Origin: Nitrososphaerota archaeon
GTDB lineage: Archaea > Thermoproteota > Nitrososphaeria_A > Caldarchaeales > Calditenuaceae
Length of the DNA: 64,000 nucleotides
Direction: 5' to 3'
Assembly (NCBI GenBank): GCA_041641295.1
Contig: JBEPYO010000001.1
Coordinates: forward strand, 800,001-864,000
The translations under genes were made by a program, and so were the position numbers. The notes under the pieces were generated by a model, which was not told the DNA's origin, made no database searches, and saw only the letters and a program-made list of their open reading frames with translations. This document shows positions 50,200 to 61,536 of this stretch, piece after piece. How positions within the stretch are numbered: position 1 is the stretch's first letter; the number at the start of each line of letters is the position of its first letter.

Positions 50200-51024
50200 A
50201 TGATTGGATTCCTCGTTGATGTGGAATTTGTCTGGGGCTTTCAGTCCAAGGTCGTGGGCTATTCTAAGACATCCCCCTCATTCACTTACCCGCCCCCCAC
50301 TACAATTCTAGGAGCAATAGCTGAACACATTGCCAAAGAAAACGTACTAGGCGAGGGGAAGACGAGAGAAATTATACCAATGCTTAGCAAAAACCTGCTT
50401 GCAGTCGGGTTAAGACCCTTAAACTGTTTACCAGTAAAATTCTCTGATCTAAATAGATTAATAGCAACCAAGATCACTAAAGGCATACGATATCCGAGTC
50501 CTACCGACTTGTCCGGATCGTATGATGCACCGGCCACTGGAAAAACGATTCTCACATCATTGAACACAGAACCACCAAAACTCAGGCTTTACATAGTCTT
50601 TAAAGACGGTTTTGCGGGGAGAATCGGAGAGAAAGAGATCATCATCAATAAATATACCATGTGGAACATTCATAGACTTGGCTCAAAAGAGAGCATCGTC
50701 TCTGTTGTGGATGTGAAAGAATTCGAACCACAAAAATTAACTGGCGAATTAAGCACAAGATACTCATTCCCATTGATAGATGGTGTAACCACGATAGAAA
50801 GCGTCATTCGGAATTGGTCGCAAGAACTGTTAATTAACCCATTTAACCTGCCAATATACGATCCAGTGACACAGTACCTACTTGGTCAGAAAACAGTCAG
50901 GTTCTACGTACCAATTCTCGAACTCTTGGATGACCCGCCAACATATAGGCTAAAGGTCGCTGGAAACGCGTGTGGGTATAAATACGATGAGGAGGTGCTC
51001 ATAGGAATTTGCGCGGTAGCATAA
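50200..51024 (+). CDS. cas5: Type I-A Cas5
   Basis: WGFQSK...SKTSPSF.YPPPTTILGA and RLGSKESIVSV motifs. Confidence 0.92.
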   Translation: MIGFLVDVEFVWGFQSKVVGYSKTSPSFTYPPPTTILGAIAEHIAKENVLGEGKTREIIPMLSKNLLAVGLRPLNCLPVKFSDLNRLIATKITKGIRYPSPTDLSGSYDAPATGKTILTSLNTEPPKLRLYIVFKDGFAGRIGEKEIIINKYTMWNIHRLGSKESIVSVVDVKEFEPQKLTGELSTRYSFPLIDGVTTIESVIRNWSQELLINPFNLPIYDPVTQYLLGQKTVRFYVPILELLDDPPTYRLKVAGNACGYKYDEEVLIGICAVA

Positions 51025-52211
51025 ATGTTGTGGTAAGCCTCCCACTCAACGATACCCTGACCAACCTCCTAATCTACGAGGGGCTCATATATCTGATATC
51101 AAAGGTACCAGCCAAGATAGAGGCCAGCGGAATAACAATACCAGACGACGGACTCGCGAAAGCATACAGCGGGCTTAGCAACGAAATCCTTAATAAAATT
51201 AGCATCAACACTGTTGGCAAAAATGATAACAGTTCTATAGAGAGATTCCTAAGAGGGCTAGGAATAAGTGGAAGAGAATTAGAGGAAAAGCTGGAATCAC
51301 TGAGCCCTGACGATCGTAGGAGAAAGGAAAAATCGCGAGTAACAAATTACCGAGAAATCCTATACATCCTCAACCGTAGTCCTGAAAAACTTAGACCCAT
51401 AACTAATAGTATTTTTATAGGTGCAACAATACGAAAAAATCAAATGATAATAGGAGATTTAAAGAACGATAAGGGACTAGCGCTCCAACTCCTCAAGTCT
51501 GAGCGGTACACAGGTCTAACTTCCACGGAGCATAAGTACACAACCCGTCAACTCACAACATACGTATCCCCCGAAGTCCTAATGCTGGCGTTGCTAGGCA
51601 TATATTCATCCTTTGTTTATAGAAGCTCTAACACATATTATTTCTTGTTCCTATCACCGATCGAAATAGGTGAAATACTATACTCTAATAAAGATGCTAG
51701 GACTATGTTATTGATAAGAGACAAGGCTCGTGAAGTACTGGAACAGATTCTAAAGAGACATTATAACGAAGAACTCGTAGCATTAGAGATATACTTAAAC
51801 GCAAAGTTACAGGAGGCATTAGCAGAACACAACGTGAGGAGCGCCTCTTTACTCCTGCTAAGGGTCGAACAGGAAGGACAGACATACAAATTATATGAGG
51901 CGATTCCCCTTACTATTTTACAGCGAGAAGGCAGAGAATCTTTCGCAGTGGTAGAGAAGATTATTGCACCTGATAGTATTGTACTTGATAGATTAAGGAA
52001 TAGTGATAGCGTTGAGTATAACAACTTAATGTCTGTAATAGTAGGTCTGTATAGATATGTAATATTAGATGACAGATATGGAATATACCAAGCCTTGCGG
52101 GAACTTCATAACGCCTACGTTAAAGTTGGGGGTGATGAGAAATTGAGATGGGCTGCCAAGAGGTATGAGACCTTACTGTGGGAACTTGGCAGGCTTGAAA
52201 AAAGCTTATGA
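51009..52211 (+). CDS. cas8a: Type I-A large subunit Cas8a (Csa4-like)
   Basis: Position between cas5 and cas3; LQLLKSERYTG and EGQTYK motifs. Confidence 0.7.
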   Translation: MRGSINVVVSLPLNDTLTNLLIYEGLIYLISKVPAKIEASGITIPDDGLAKAYSGLSNEILNKISINTVGKNDNSSIERFLRGLGISGRELEEKLESLSPDDRRRKEKSRVTNYREILYILNRSPEKLRPITNSIFIGATIRKNQMIIGDLKNDKGLALQLLKSERYTGLTSTEHKYTTRQLTTYVSPEVLMLALLGIYSSFVYRSSNTYYFLFLSPIEIGEILYSNKDARTMLLIRDKAREVLEQILKRHYNEELVALEIYLNAKLQEALAEHNVRSASLLLLRVEQEGQTYKLYEAIPLTILQREGRESFAVVEKIIAPDSIVLDRLRNSDSVEYNNLMSVIVGLYRYVILDDRYGIYQALRELHNAYVKVGGDEKLRWAAKRYETLLWELGRLEKSL

Positions 52212-53910
52212 AAGATTATGCAGGCTTCACGGCTACCTAGGGGAACGCCCGTTCATCTCAATGGTCATAAAGGAGCTGGACAGATCATGGGATGATAAGA
52301 ACATTTTTGTCATAGAGGCTCCGACAGGGTACGGTAAGTCCAGCATTAGTGGGGCTATAGCACTGAAGGCGTACGAGGAAGGTGGAAAACTGATCATATC
52401 CTTCCCTATGAGAACTCTGCTTGAGGATCAATTCAACAAGATCAAGAAAATCGTCCCCACTGCTGATGGCCTCGTAGGCAAGAGGTATATGCATGAGCAC
52501 TCATCGCCATATTTGATCGCTCCCATAACTCTCACCACGATAGATACATTATCTCTAACCATGTTTGGACTAGCTCCCGAAGATTTAGATAAGGTGATTA
52601 AGGGGTGGCATGACTTGACAGGAACAATAGAAGGCACGTATGGGCATTACCTATTCTCACAATCCTCTGTCATATTCTCTGACCTAGTGTTGGATGAAGT
52701 CCACCTTCTTAGTGATGAGACAAAATCATTGACGTATCTATTCACGTTGCTGCTACACGCAATTGACTGCGATCAGAAAGTGGTTTTGATGTCTGCCACA
52801 ATACCGCAGAAATTAAAGGATGAGCTGAAGAATATACTGTATCAATTCGAGGACAAGGTCGAGTGGTTCGAGTTTGATCCATGTGCCGATGAAAAGTTTC
52901 TCCAAGATAGGATCGACAAGAAATATGAGATCAAACTAAAGCAACTATCGAAGAAAGATAAGTGGTGGGAGGAGATTAGAGGTTGGATTAGTGAGAGGTG
53001 GGAGGTGGGCTATAGGAGGGTACTCGTCGTCTTCAACACGGTCCAAGAGGCAATAAAATTCTATGACCATGTGAAGAATGATTTCAAGAATGTGTTGTTG
53101 ATACATTCCCGTTTCACAGAGTTGGATAAAAGGAGAAAGCATGAAAGACTAGATGCGCTGAAAGGGGAGAGAGAGTATCTCATAGTGGGGACACAATCTG
53201 TTGAAGCCGGCATAGATATCTCGTCAAACCTCTTGATAACCGATCTTGCCCCCGCCCATACGCTTGTCCAACGTTTTGGTAGGTTCCTTAGATACGACGG
53301 TGAAAAAGAAGGAGAGGCATATATTTGGAGGAGCGATGACGTCTTTGGGCAAAGGTACAAAGTCTATGACTGGGAGCTATGTAAGGAGACATTAGAATTT
53401 ATGAAAGCTCGTATCGGCAAATTGAACTTACATATTCCGAGTATCCCTAGTGGGGCAGCCGAAGTTGGGTACAGTGGCTATAAAGAGTTGATAGACAGTG
53501 TGTATAGGCTTGTCGAGATGGATGTGAATGTTAAGGAGATAGAGGATATGTTAAGAACCTTTACAAACCTTCACAGCATCGACTATGCTGTGGAGAAATT
53601 CTTTGAACTCGGTGGTAGCTTCATAAGAGAGTCTCCCTTGATACCCGTCCAAGTTGAGTCCGTCTCAGAGCCCATACCTATAGATTTTCATATATTCTTA
53701 AAATTATTGAAGTCTGGGAGGGTTAAGGGGTGGGTCAAAGAGAATAGGGGTGATGTCGTTAGGGAGCCGTTAGGATCCGACGACTCGTGGTTAAGGGATG
53801 CGAGAAAGCTCATCAAACTTATTTATACGAAAGGAATTAGGTCCTTCATTATTGATGGTGAATACAGCTACGAGTTTGGGCTCAGAATCAGTGAGGCAGA
53901 AGATGAATGA
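52165..53910 (+). CDS. cas3: Cas3' helicase
   Basis: APTGYGKS, DEVH, MSAT, HSRF, TQSVEAGID and QRFGR motifs. Confidence 0.95.
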   Translation: MRPYCGNLAGLKKAYERLCRLHGYLGERPFISMVIKELDRSWDDKNIFVIEAPTGYGKSSISGAIALKAYEEGGKLIISFPMRTLLEDQFNKIKKIVPTADGLVGKRYMHEHSSPYLIAPITLTTIDTLSLTMFGLAPEDLDKVIKGWHDLTGTIEGTYGHYLFSQSSVIFSDLVLDEVHLLSDETKSLTYLFTLLLHAIDCDQKVVLMSATIPQKLKDELKNILYQFEDKVEWFEFDPCADEKFLQDRIDKKYEIKLKQLSKKDKWWEEIRGWISERWEVGYRRVLVVFNTVQEAIKFYDHVKNDFKNVLLIHSRFTELDKRRKHERLDALKGEREYLIVGTQSVEAGIDISSNLLITDLAPAHTLVQRFGRFLRYDGEKEGEAYIWRSDDVFGQRYKVYDWELCKETLEFMKARIGKLNLHIPSIPSGAAEVGYSGYKELIDSVYRLVEMDVNVKEIEDMLRTFTNLHSIDYAVEKFFELGGSFIRESPLIPVQVESVSEPIPIDFHIFLKLLKSGRVKGWVKENRGDVVREPLGSDDSWLRDARKLIKLIYTKGIRSFIIDGEYSYEFGLRISEAEDE

Positions 53911-54686
53911 TATCGGACGACGTCCTGAGCTATTATAAAAGGCTAAGGAATGGCCAGGAGCTAAAAGAGTTTCTGAAAGACCACATTAGAGATGGTATCA
54001 CGGTTATGGAGGATATTGACAATAGCCGTCTAGAGAAGTTCGTAACAGGCCGACTCCATGTGCATGATTTTAAGGATCTTGTAAGACTTGCAGTAGTATT
54101 CCACGACGCAGGTAAGGCATTCTACCAGACTGAGAGAAACTTAAGGGAAGATAGGGATAGTGGGGATAGGTATCTGTCGTTTACGGGTCATGAATTTATT
54201 TCAGCTTACATAGCTGATCGATTCGTCAAGGAGAAAAACATACAGGGATATGCGCCTGACCTCTACTCTGTTGTTTTTGCTGTCTATTTCCATCACCATG
54301 CAATAGACATTGATAGGAGGGAGAGAGAGGCGATATTTAGGCTGAGACACATTAGCCAAGCCGAGTTTGGGACTGCAAAGGAAAAATTGAAGGGGGTTCT
54401 TGAACTCTTTATACAAGGTGAGGATAAGGGGTTTCTTATGAAATGCTTAGACAGACTTAGTATTAGCAGATTGAATAACTTAGCCCTCCGACAAATTGGG
54501 AATGAAATCTACGATCGGATGGTGCATAGGCCTAATCCGCGGCTCAGGAAGCTATCCCTTATCGTCCTTGACTGCTTGATAGCGTGCGACTATCTATCAG
54601 CCAAAAACCGCGAGAGTAGTGAGTCAGAGTTTTCTCGAGTTATATCGAAATTCTATGATACTTGGATGAGAAGACATGTATCTTAA
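53907..54686 (+). CDS. cas3'': Cas3'' HD nuclease
   Basis: LKDH, FHDAGK, HEFISA, HHH and CDYLSA motifs. Confidence 0.92.
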   Translation: MISDDVLSYYKRLRNGQELKEFLKDHIRDGITVMEDIDNSRLEKFVTGRLHVHDFKDLVRLAVVFHDAGKAFYQTERNLREDRDSGDRYLSFTGHEFISAYIADRFVKEKNIQGYAPDLYSVVFAVYFHHHAIDIDRREREAIFRLRHISQAEFGTAKEKLKGVLELFIQGEDKGFLMKCLDRLSISRLNNLALRQIGNEIYDRMVHRPNPRLRKLSLIVLDCLIACDYLSAKNRESSESEFSRVISKFYDTWMRRHVS

Positions 54687-54823
54687 CAATACACCCTCAA
54701 CCCTACTATAGCTAAAAAACAAAATACATTATGACTAGCTCTACGATCTTCAACTAAATCAGAATTCTATGAAGAAATCTACCCACTAACAACGCTAAAG
54801 TTGTCTTTCCCAAATCTCTTACA

Positions 54824-57800
54824 CTCTCAATTCCTTCCAAAATTCAAGTTAAGGTGGTTACGCCTCTAACCTAGTCCAAAATCTTCTGCACAATCTTTCA
54901 ATTCCTTCTAGGATTCAGGATAACCTAACCAATATTTGTAGAGTCGCAGTCATGCTTCTCAATTTAACTTTCAATTCCTTCTAGGATTCAGGTTATTTCA
55001 ACTAATCCGAGCAGTCGCGCCCGCGTATATTGGCTTTCAATTCCTTCTAGGATTCAGGATCTCTTTTCTAAGCTGCTTAAACCTCTCATTCCTAGCTCTT
55101 TCAATTCCTTCTAGGATTCAGGTTACATCATGGTTCGAGACTGATGAGCTGACTGCCCTTATCTTTCAATTCCTTCTAGGATTCAGGTGACGTTAGGGTG
55201 ACCTCACAGTGGGACAGCGAGATTTACTTTCAATTCCTTCTAGGATTCAGGTTGACTATTGAAATAAATGAGTCGGATATTATAGAGCTCTTTCAATTCC
55301 TTCTAGGATTCAGGATGAATTTTTGGCCGCTCTTAAGAGGGAGGCCGAGGTGGATTAAACTTTCAATTCCTTCTAGGATTCAGGACCATATCCGATCCAA
55401 ACTCCTCTAGCCTCCGAGTATAACTTTCAATTCCTTCTAGGATTCAGGCCCTATACCCACCCGTAGCAGCCCTCTACATCCTAGCTAACCTTTCAATTCC
55501 TTCTAGGATTCAGGAGCCATAACCTACATAGTAGCTGTCTAGGGGTTGTGCCTTTCTTTCAATTCCTTCTAGGATTCAGGCCTATTTAGACGGCTATGTA
55601 GGTGTTGATAAGGTCCTAGCTTTCAATTCCTTCTAGGATTCAGGACGCATACTACTGCCCAGAAGAGCATCAAATAATAGTTAACTTTCAATTCCTTCTA
55701 GGATTCAGGTTGAGTTAGAAACTAAAAAGCCCAAGAATATTGATGTACCCGGCTTTCAATTCCTTCTAGGATTCAGGCTCGGCCAATTCTTTATCACGAA
55801 TCTTGAGCGATACTATATCTTTCAATTCCTTCTAGGATTCAGGATTGGTTCCCATAACCCGCCGCAAGTACACCACCATAGCACTCTTTCAATTCCTTCT
55901 AGGATTCAGGGTGTAATTGGGGTTTGCATAATGCGTGCAGGGGTTTTGTCTTTCAATTCCTTCTAGGATTCAGGACCAGACCTAGGGCCGCACACCATCT
56001 TTATCCCTGTCCGCTTTCAATTCCTTCTAGGATTCAGGGGCCGATAAAGACATGGTTTTCGGAAGTTTCACGCCGTCTCTCTTTCAATTCCTTCTAGGAT
56101 TCAGGTAGTTGTTCACGACCCATTCTTAGAGGATGCGACAGAGGCCCAGCTTTCAATTCCTTCTAGGATTCAGGAGACCTTGGCCGGGAATTCGTGGAGA
56201 TAAAAGCGATAGACGGCGAAGTCTTTCAATTCCTTCTAGGATTCAGGGTAATTTTGGTGAATTTCACTTAAAGGTAAACATAGTGGTTTCTTTCAATTCC
56301 TTCTAGGATTCAGGCCACCTAGGCGATGACTCGGTTGTCATGGCGTCGGTCTTTCAATTCCTTCTAGGATTCAGGCACTAGAGTATAGAGAGTGGGAAAA
56401 TATCGCGGCAATTGCTAGCTTTCAATTCCTTCTAGGATTCAGGATTGGTAAATTTCGGTCTAAGCCTATTCTGGGATTTGCTAAACTTTCAATTCCTTCT
56501 AGGATTCAGGAGGGCTAGATGATAGGCTAGCAATTGCGCAACTTGAGACCATTACTTTCAATTCCTTCTAGGATTCAGGAGATGGATATTGACATTAGCG
56601 AAGCCGCGTTTTTCAGGATGGCCTTTCAATTCCTTCTAGGATTCAGGCACAGCCAATATGTGCTTGCATTCCACGCCCCGGTATCGGTGGTCTCTTTCAA
56701 TTCCTTCTAGGATTCAGGCGTTTATCGTCTACTTTAGCCATAGGAGGTCCACCCTGTTATCTTTCAATTCCTTCTAGGATTCAGGTATTCCGAATTAATA
56801 TTATATGACAGGCAAATAGTTTTTCGCTTTCAATTCCTTCTAGGATTCAGGATTGAGTAGAGAGTTAAGGTCTCTGATACGTGAAATTTATGGTCTTTCA
56901 ATTCCTTCTAGGATTCAGGGCCATTTATTGCGGATGAGATATATGAATCAAGTATTGTTAACTTTCAATTCCTTCTAGGATTCAGGCTCTTTTGACTTGG
57001 CTGTGAATGTGAATCCTACGGTTTGGCTTTCAATTCCTTCTAGGATTCAGGGACTTTGGCCGTTATCGGGATTCAACCGTGGTCACGGCCATCTTTCAAT
57101 TCCTTCTAGGATTCAGGGTAGTTTGATGACCAAATTAGAATCATTTGCAATTTCTGCGTACTTTCAATTCCTTCTAGGATTCAGGTTCCTGCCCCGTTTT
57201 TCCTCTACTATTGGGATTGTGATACGTCTTTCAATTCCTTCTAGGATTCAGGTTATCTCTCGGATTATTTGTGGTCTAATGCCGTATTGATACTCTACTT
57301 TCAATTCCTTCTAGGATTCAGGGGAAATCCCAGCTTTAAGCTGGATAAATGGGTTGAGGACCCCTTTCAATTCCTTCTAGGATTCAGGATAATATAGATA
57401 ATATTGAGAAGCTGTTGGACGAGCCGCTTTCAATTCCTTCTAGGATTCAGGCTATATTCAGGATGGTCGTTTTGGAAAAAGGCTAGTGATCTTTCAATTC
57501 CTTCTAGGATTCAGGGATAAGGGTTTGGTGGGTGATTATCAGCCCAGAGAGAGAACTTTCAATTCCTTCTAGGATTCAGGTTACGAAATACGAAATTGAT
57601 TGGCGGCGTGAAGGACTAGTTAACTTTCAATTCCTTCTAGGATTCAGGATAAGCTCCGGCGGCGTCCACTCTCCTATCGGCGGCACACCTTTCAATTCCT
57701 TCTAGGATTCAGGTAGAAGCTCTGTGATATGGCGACCTTAGTTTTAGTTGACCGCTTTCAATTCCTTCTAGGATTCAGGGTATGGAGATGCATCGGTACA

Positions 57801-59361
57801 TTGGTAAGAGCGCTATACCCCTTTCAATTCCTTCTAGGATTCAGGAGTACCGCAGCAATGTTTCGTAAGCTCTATGAGGATTTATTTCCCTTTCAATTCC
57901 TTCTAGGATTCAGGAGATACTTCAGCTGATAGAGAAGTGGCCGGGGATAATCTCCTTTCAATTCCTTCTAGGATTCAGGCTGGAAGAATGGGTTAAGGCT
58001 GAAAGGGCCCTCACACTGTTTCGGGACTTTCAATTCCTTCTAGGATTCAGGGTTAAGGGATTTGCTGACACGGGTACGGCTGACATCTTTCAATTCCTTC
58101 TAGGATTCAGGAGAGGCTCTGTCGCCGAGAGGGTTACTGGCGGAGTCGTGACCTTTCAATTCCTTCTAGGATTCAGGGTAGGCTTAGCTTTGTTAAGTGG
58201 ATGCTTAATCTCAAAATCTTTCAATTCCTTCTAGGATTCAGGGTAAGCGTTTCCAGATTAGCTGGTTGATTGTTATGTCTGTCCCCTTTCAATTCCTTCT
58301 AGGATTCAGGAGAGAGAAGGGGCTATTGACAGGGATTCTAGAGCGTGTCTATCTTTCAATTCCTTCTAGGATTCAGGAACCGGTAGATGTACTTCATCCA
58401 CCACTCAAGCGTACGTCTTTCAATTCCTTCTAGGATTCAGGATCATCCTCAATAACCCGCAAGTCAGTCTTAATCTTATCACTTTCAATTCCTTCTAGGA
58501 TTCAGGTCGGTATTACAAGTGTAGATGTAGTGCTGCTTACCCGTTGCCTTTCAATTCCTTCTAGGATTCAGGTTAAGCGTGCCTGTAGGTGGAAAGGTAA
58601 AGCTTAGTGCAATCTTTCAATTCCTTCTAGGATTCAGGGAAACTTGGCAGCCGTTCACCGGTGATGTCGGAGCTAGTCGCGCTTTCAATTCCTTCTAGGA
58701 TTCAGGCTACCGCTACTACATCGTCTTGCAATCCTAAACCTCGTACTTTCAATTCCTTCTAGGATTCAGGGGTCGATATGGGCGATATACGCGAAGAGAG
58801 ATCCAAAGAGTCTTTCAATTCCTTCTAGGATTCAGGAGCATCCACTTAACAAAACTAAGCCTACGCCTAAGCTCAACTTTCAATTCCTTCTAGGATTCAG
58901 GGCCGGGTATGCCTGCGGCGATTAGAATTCGCAGTTGTACCCTTTCAATTCCTTCTAGGATTCAGGAGAAAAAAGAGCAAAGCTTATATACCCACCGCCA
59001 CCCTCTTCTCTTTCAATTCCTTCTAGGATTCAGGGCCCAGCACACGGGCCCGATGCCCCGCTGCACAGACCTGCTTTCAATTCCTTCTAGGATTCAGGTG
59101 CAGGCATTAATCGCTAGGCGGTAGAGCCATGCATAACATCTTTCAATTCCTTCTAGGATTCAGGATAGGAAAGTTAGGGCTTATGGAGTTGAAGCCTTGG
59201 TTTGACTTTCAATTCCTTCTAGGATTCAGGAGTGCGTAAGCTTGTGGCTAGGGAGAAGCCACATGTTGACTTTCAATTCCTTCTAGGATTCAGGTTAAAT
59301 CCAAAACCCAAAGTGATACCGCCGCTAGCCAAGGCTCTTTCAATTCCTTCTAGGATTCAGG
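54824..59361 (-). CRISPR. CRISPR array 2: about 68 repeats of 25 nt (CCTGAATCCTAGAAGGAATTGAAAG) plus one degenerate trailer repeat
   Basis: Hand count of CTTTCAATTCCTTCTAGGATTCAGG over 54895-59361; degenerate copy at 54824-54848. Confidence 0.97.
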
Positions 59362-59512
59362 TGAAGCTATTTATTTTGGTTGTGTGGTTCTATTTAAGTT
59401 TGACTTGTGTTTTAGTGGTAGGTACGGCTGTTTTTGCTCATCGCGGCTGTTTTCCGGCTTTCCATATTTCAGGACCCCCTCTGGAGTGCCCTACTTTATA
59501 TAGGGCTCCTGA
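59362..59512 (-). promoter_or_regulatory. CRISPR leader 2
   Basis: TGAAGCTATTTATTTTGGTT is identical to leader 1; shared TTTCAGGACCCC...CTTTATATAGG.CTCCTG block. Confidence 0.8.
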
Positions 59513-59899
59513 AGAAGTCTTGGAAGCTATCTATCGTGGCAGGGTCCACTCCTTCGTGGGAAGTACTTTTCTTCCAAAAACACCTATGGCAGAGACTTCA
59601 TCAACCACTCTTAGTGTAAGAACCTCTGCGTTGGGCTCCCAAACTAATTTACTACTCATTTCCATATCATATAGATATAGATAATGGATGTTATTATAAG
59701 CGCTCCTCCAGCCAAGACATTAGTAATAAGAGCGTCTCTTGGTTCAGGAATTAGATATCGATTAAGACTAGAGTATGTTCCACCACCCACCATCAAGCAG
59801 CCAACAGAGAAGCCAAAGGTAATAAGCGTTGAAGTGTCAGAGAAGTCGGTGGAGGCCGAGGTTTGGGGTGAAAGCCATGAGAAATTGTCTCGGAATGGT

Positions 59900-60528
59900 A
59901 AATATAGAATACGTCCGCTCCAGATATGCTTGGGAAAAGCCCTCAGAAGAGGGCCGCCAAAACCAATTCCGAAAAAAGGTAGGAAGCTTGAAGTGAGTGC
60001 ACGATCAAAGACACTCTATCAGCTTTTACAAAAACCTATAGACATTGAGAGGCTAGGACGGTTCATAGAGCACTGCGAGGACTGCAAGAGGAGTTTTCTG
60101 AGAGGATTCTTCGATAGCGAGGGTTCTGTGAATAAGGGAAATGGGGTAATTACTTGCTTTAATACAAATACTAGGCTTCTCAAATATGTCCAGAGACTTC
60201 TCCGGTTCTAGGTATCAGAACAACCGGACCGCAACTCATGAAGAAGAAAGGGACAACCTCTACAATATTTGGGAGAATATTCATAAGTAAAAAGAATGTA
60301 TACTACATCACAATAATGGTGAGAGACGTACTAAAATTCTATCAACTGGTCTGGTTCACTATAAGGCGAAAGCAACAACTCCTCGAGGAATATCTCAGGA
60401 GACGCGGGCTACTAAAGGAGAAGCCGCCTAACCAATTCTCACCCAATTATTTCTCCCCTAAAATCTCAACACACTCATCACATATAAAACTCTCCCCCAG
60501 CCTGGCGGGGGCTCGAGAATCATCCTAA
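59900..60528 (+). pseudogene. LAGLIDADG homing-endonuclease relic (5'-truncated, frameshifted at about 60208)
   Basis: RSKTLYQLL, FLRGFFDSEGSV and NTNTRLL motifs, then a shift to LGIRTTGP...FTIRRKQQLL. Confidence 0.75.
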
Positions 60529-61448
60529 ACCTTATCCCTGAGGCTCTTCCTTATCTCGCCTAGGGTTGCTGAGAGCCGCGCCTCGAGGTCGTAGCTGTGA
60601 ATACTCTCGATACTCCTGACATGGACCGTGAGCAACGTCTTGTCGTCAAGCGAGGAGTATCTCTGGGATATCTGGGCAGCTACGAGCCTAGCCACGTCCT
60701 CGACGAAGAGCGGGTTGCTAAGCGCCTTCAAGACAACCCTACCCTCATCAATCCTCTTCAAGACCTCATAGGATGGAGCGCTCATACACCCTTTCACGAG
60801 GTCGGCGAGATCCAGAAGGTCTATGGTCTCACCGTCGACTAGGAAGAGCCTCACAGAGGCCATGGTCCTCTGCATGTGAGTCCCAACTATGTTATCGTCG
60901 CCGATGATGGAGTTTTTCTCCCACTCTGCGAGGGTCTTCACTGTCTGCTGTGCGCATGGGCATGCTGTGATTCCGCTCACCGTGACGCCTATCCCCCTCC
61001 GCGTCTTCACCTTTCCCTCGAGTCTCTCGGCCTCTGCGTAGGCCCAGACGGGTATGACCTCGTAGGCCTCAACCATGCTTGTGGGCGTCTTGGATATTCT
61101 GAACACCTCGCCCCTCAGCTCGCAGCTTGAGTGGGTGGAGTATTCGTGCCTGGCTAGGAGCTCCTCGGCGACACGCGCGCAGACGTCCTCAAGCCTCTGC
61201 CCCGAGAATGTTGACTGGTTCACAATCTTAAACACAGACTCGTAGCTCCTGCTCGCGTGTATTCCCCTCTGACTCTTTGGCAGGTCGACATAGACCTTGA
61301 GTAGCGGCCTCTGGACAACAACTACACCGTCGCCGAAGTGGACGCTGGCGTATGGGACTCGTATACCCACGAGCCCGACCTTCTTGACCCTTATAGGCAC
61401 CTTCGCGGGCTCTGACTGAATATCTGGCAGAACTGGGCGATTACTCAA
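60525..61448 (-). CDS. mptA: GTP cyclohydrolase MptA/FolE2
   Basis: LPDIQ, RGIHASR, TACPCA, HMQR, LKRIDE, NPLFVEDVAR and ESIHSYD motifs. Confidence 0.9.
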   Translation of the reverse strand: MSNRPVLPDIQSEPAKVPIRVKKVGLVGIRVPYASVHFGDGVVVVQRPLLKVYVDLPKSQRGIHASRSYESVFKIVNQSTFSGQRLEDVCARVAEELLARHEYSTHSSCELRGEVFRISKTPTSMVEAYEVIPVWAYAEAERLEGKVKTRRGIGVTVSGITACPCAQQTVKTLAEWEKNSIIGDDNIVGTHMQRTMASVRLFLVDGETIDLLDLADLVKGCMSAPSYEVLKRIDEGRVVLKALSNPLFVEDVARLVAAQISQRYSSLDDKTLLTVHVRSIESIHSYDLEARLSATLGEIRKSLRDKV

Positions 61449-61536
61449 CTTTTAGTTCCTATGTCTGTCCATGGACCCCCGTATAAATACCATTCACATC
61501 AAGCCGCCCCACGTAATCTTGGCTCGGGGGCACCTT

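Noticed and set aside
60502-60521. TGGCGGGGGC as a tRNA 3'-end/att remnant after the LAGLIDADG relic
   Set aside because: Only about 10 nt, with no T-arm and no matching tRNA in the window.
12746-61448. mptG, mptE, mptA and DUF447 as evidence of methanogenesis-type metabolism
   Set aside because: The genes are dispersed and widespread in non-methanogenic archaea for modified-pterin synthesis.
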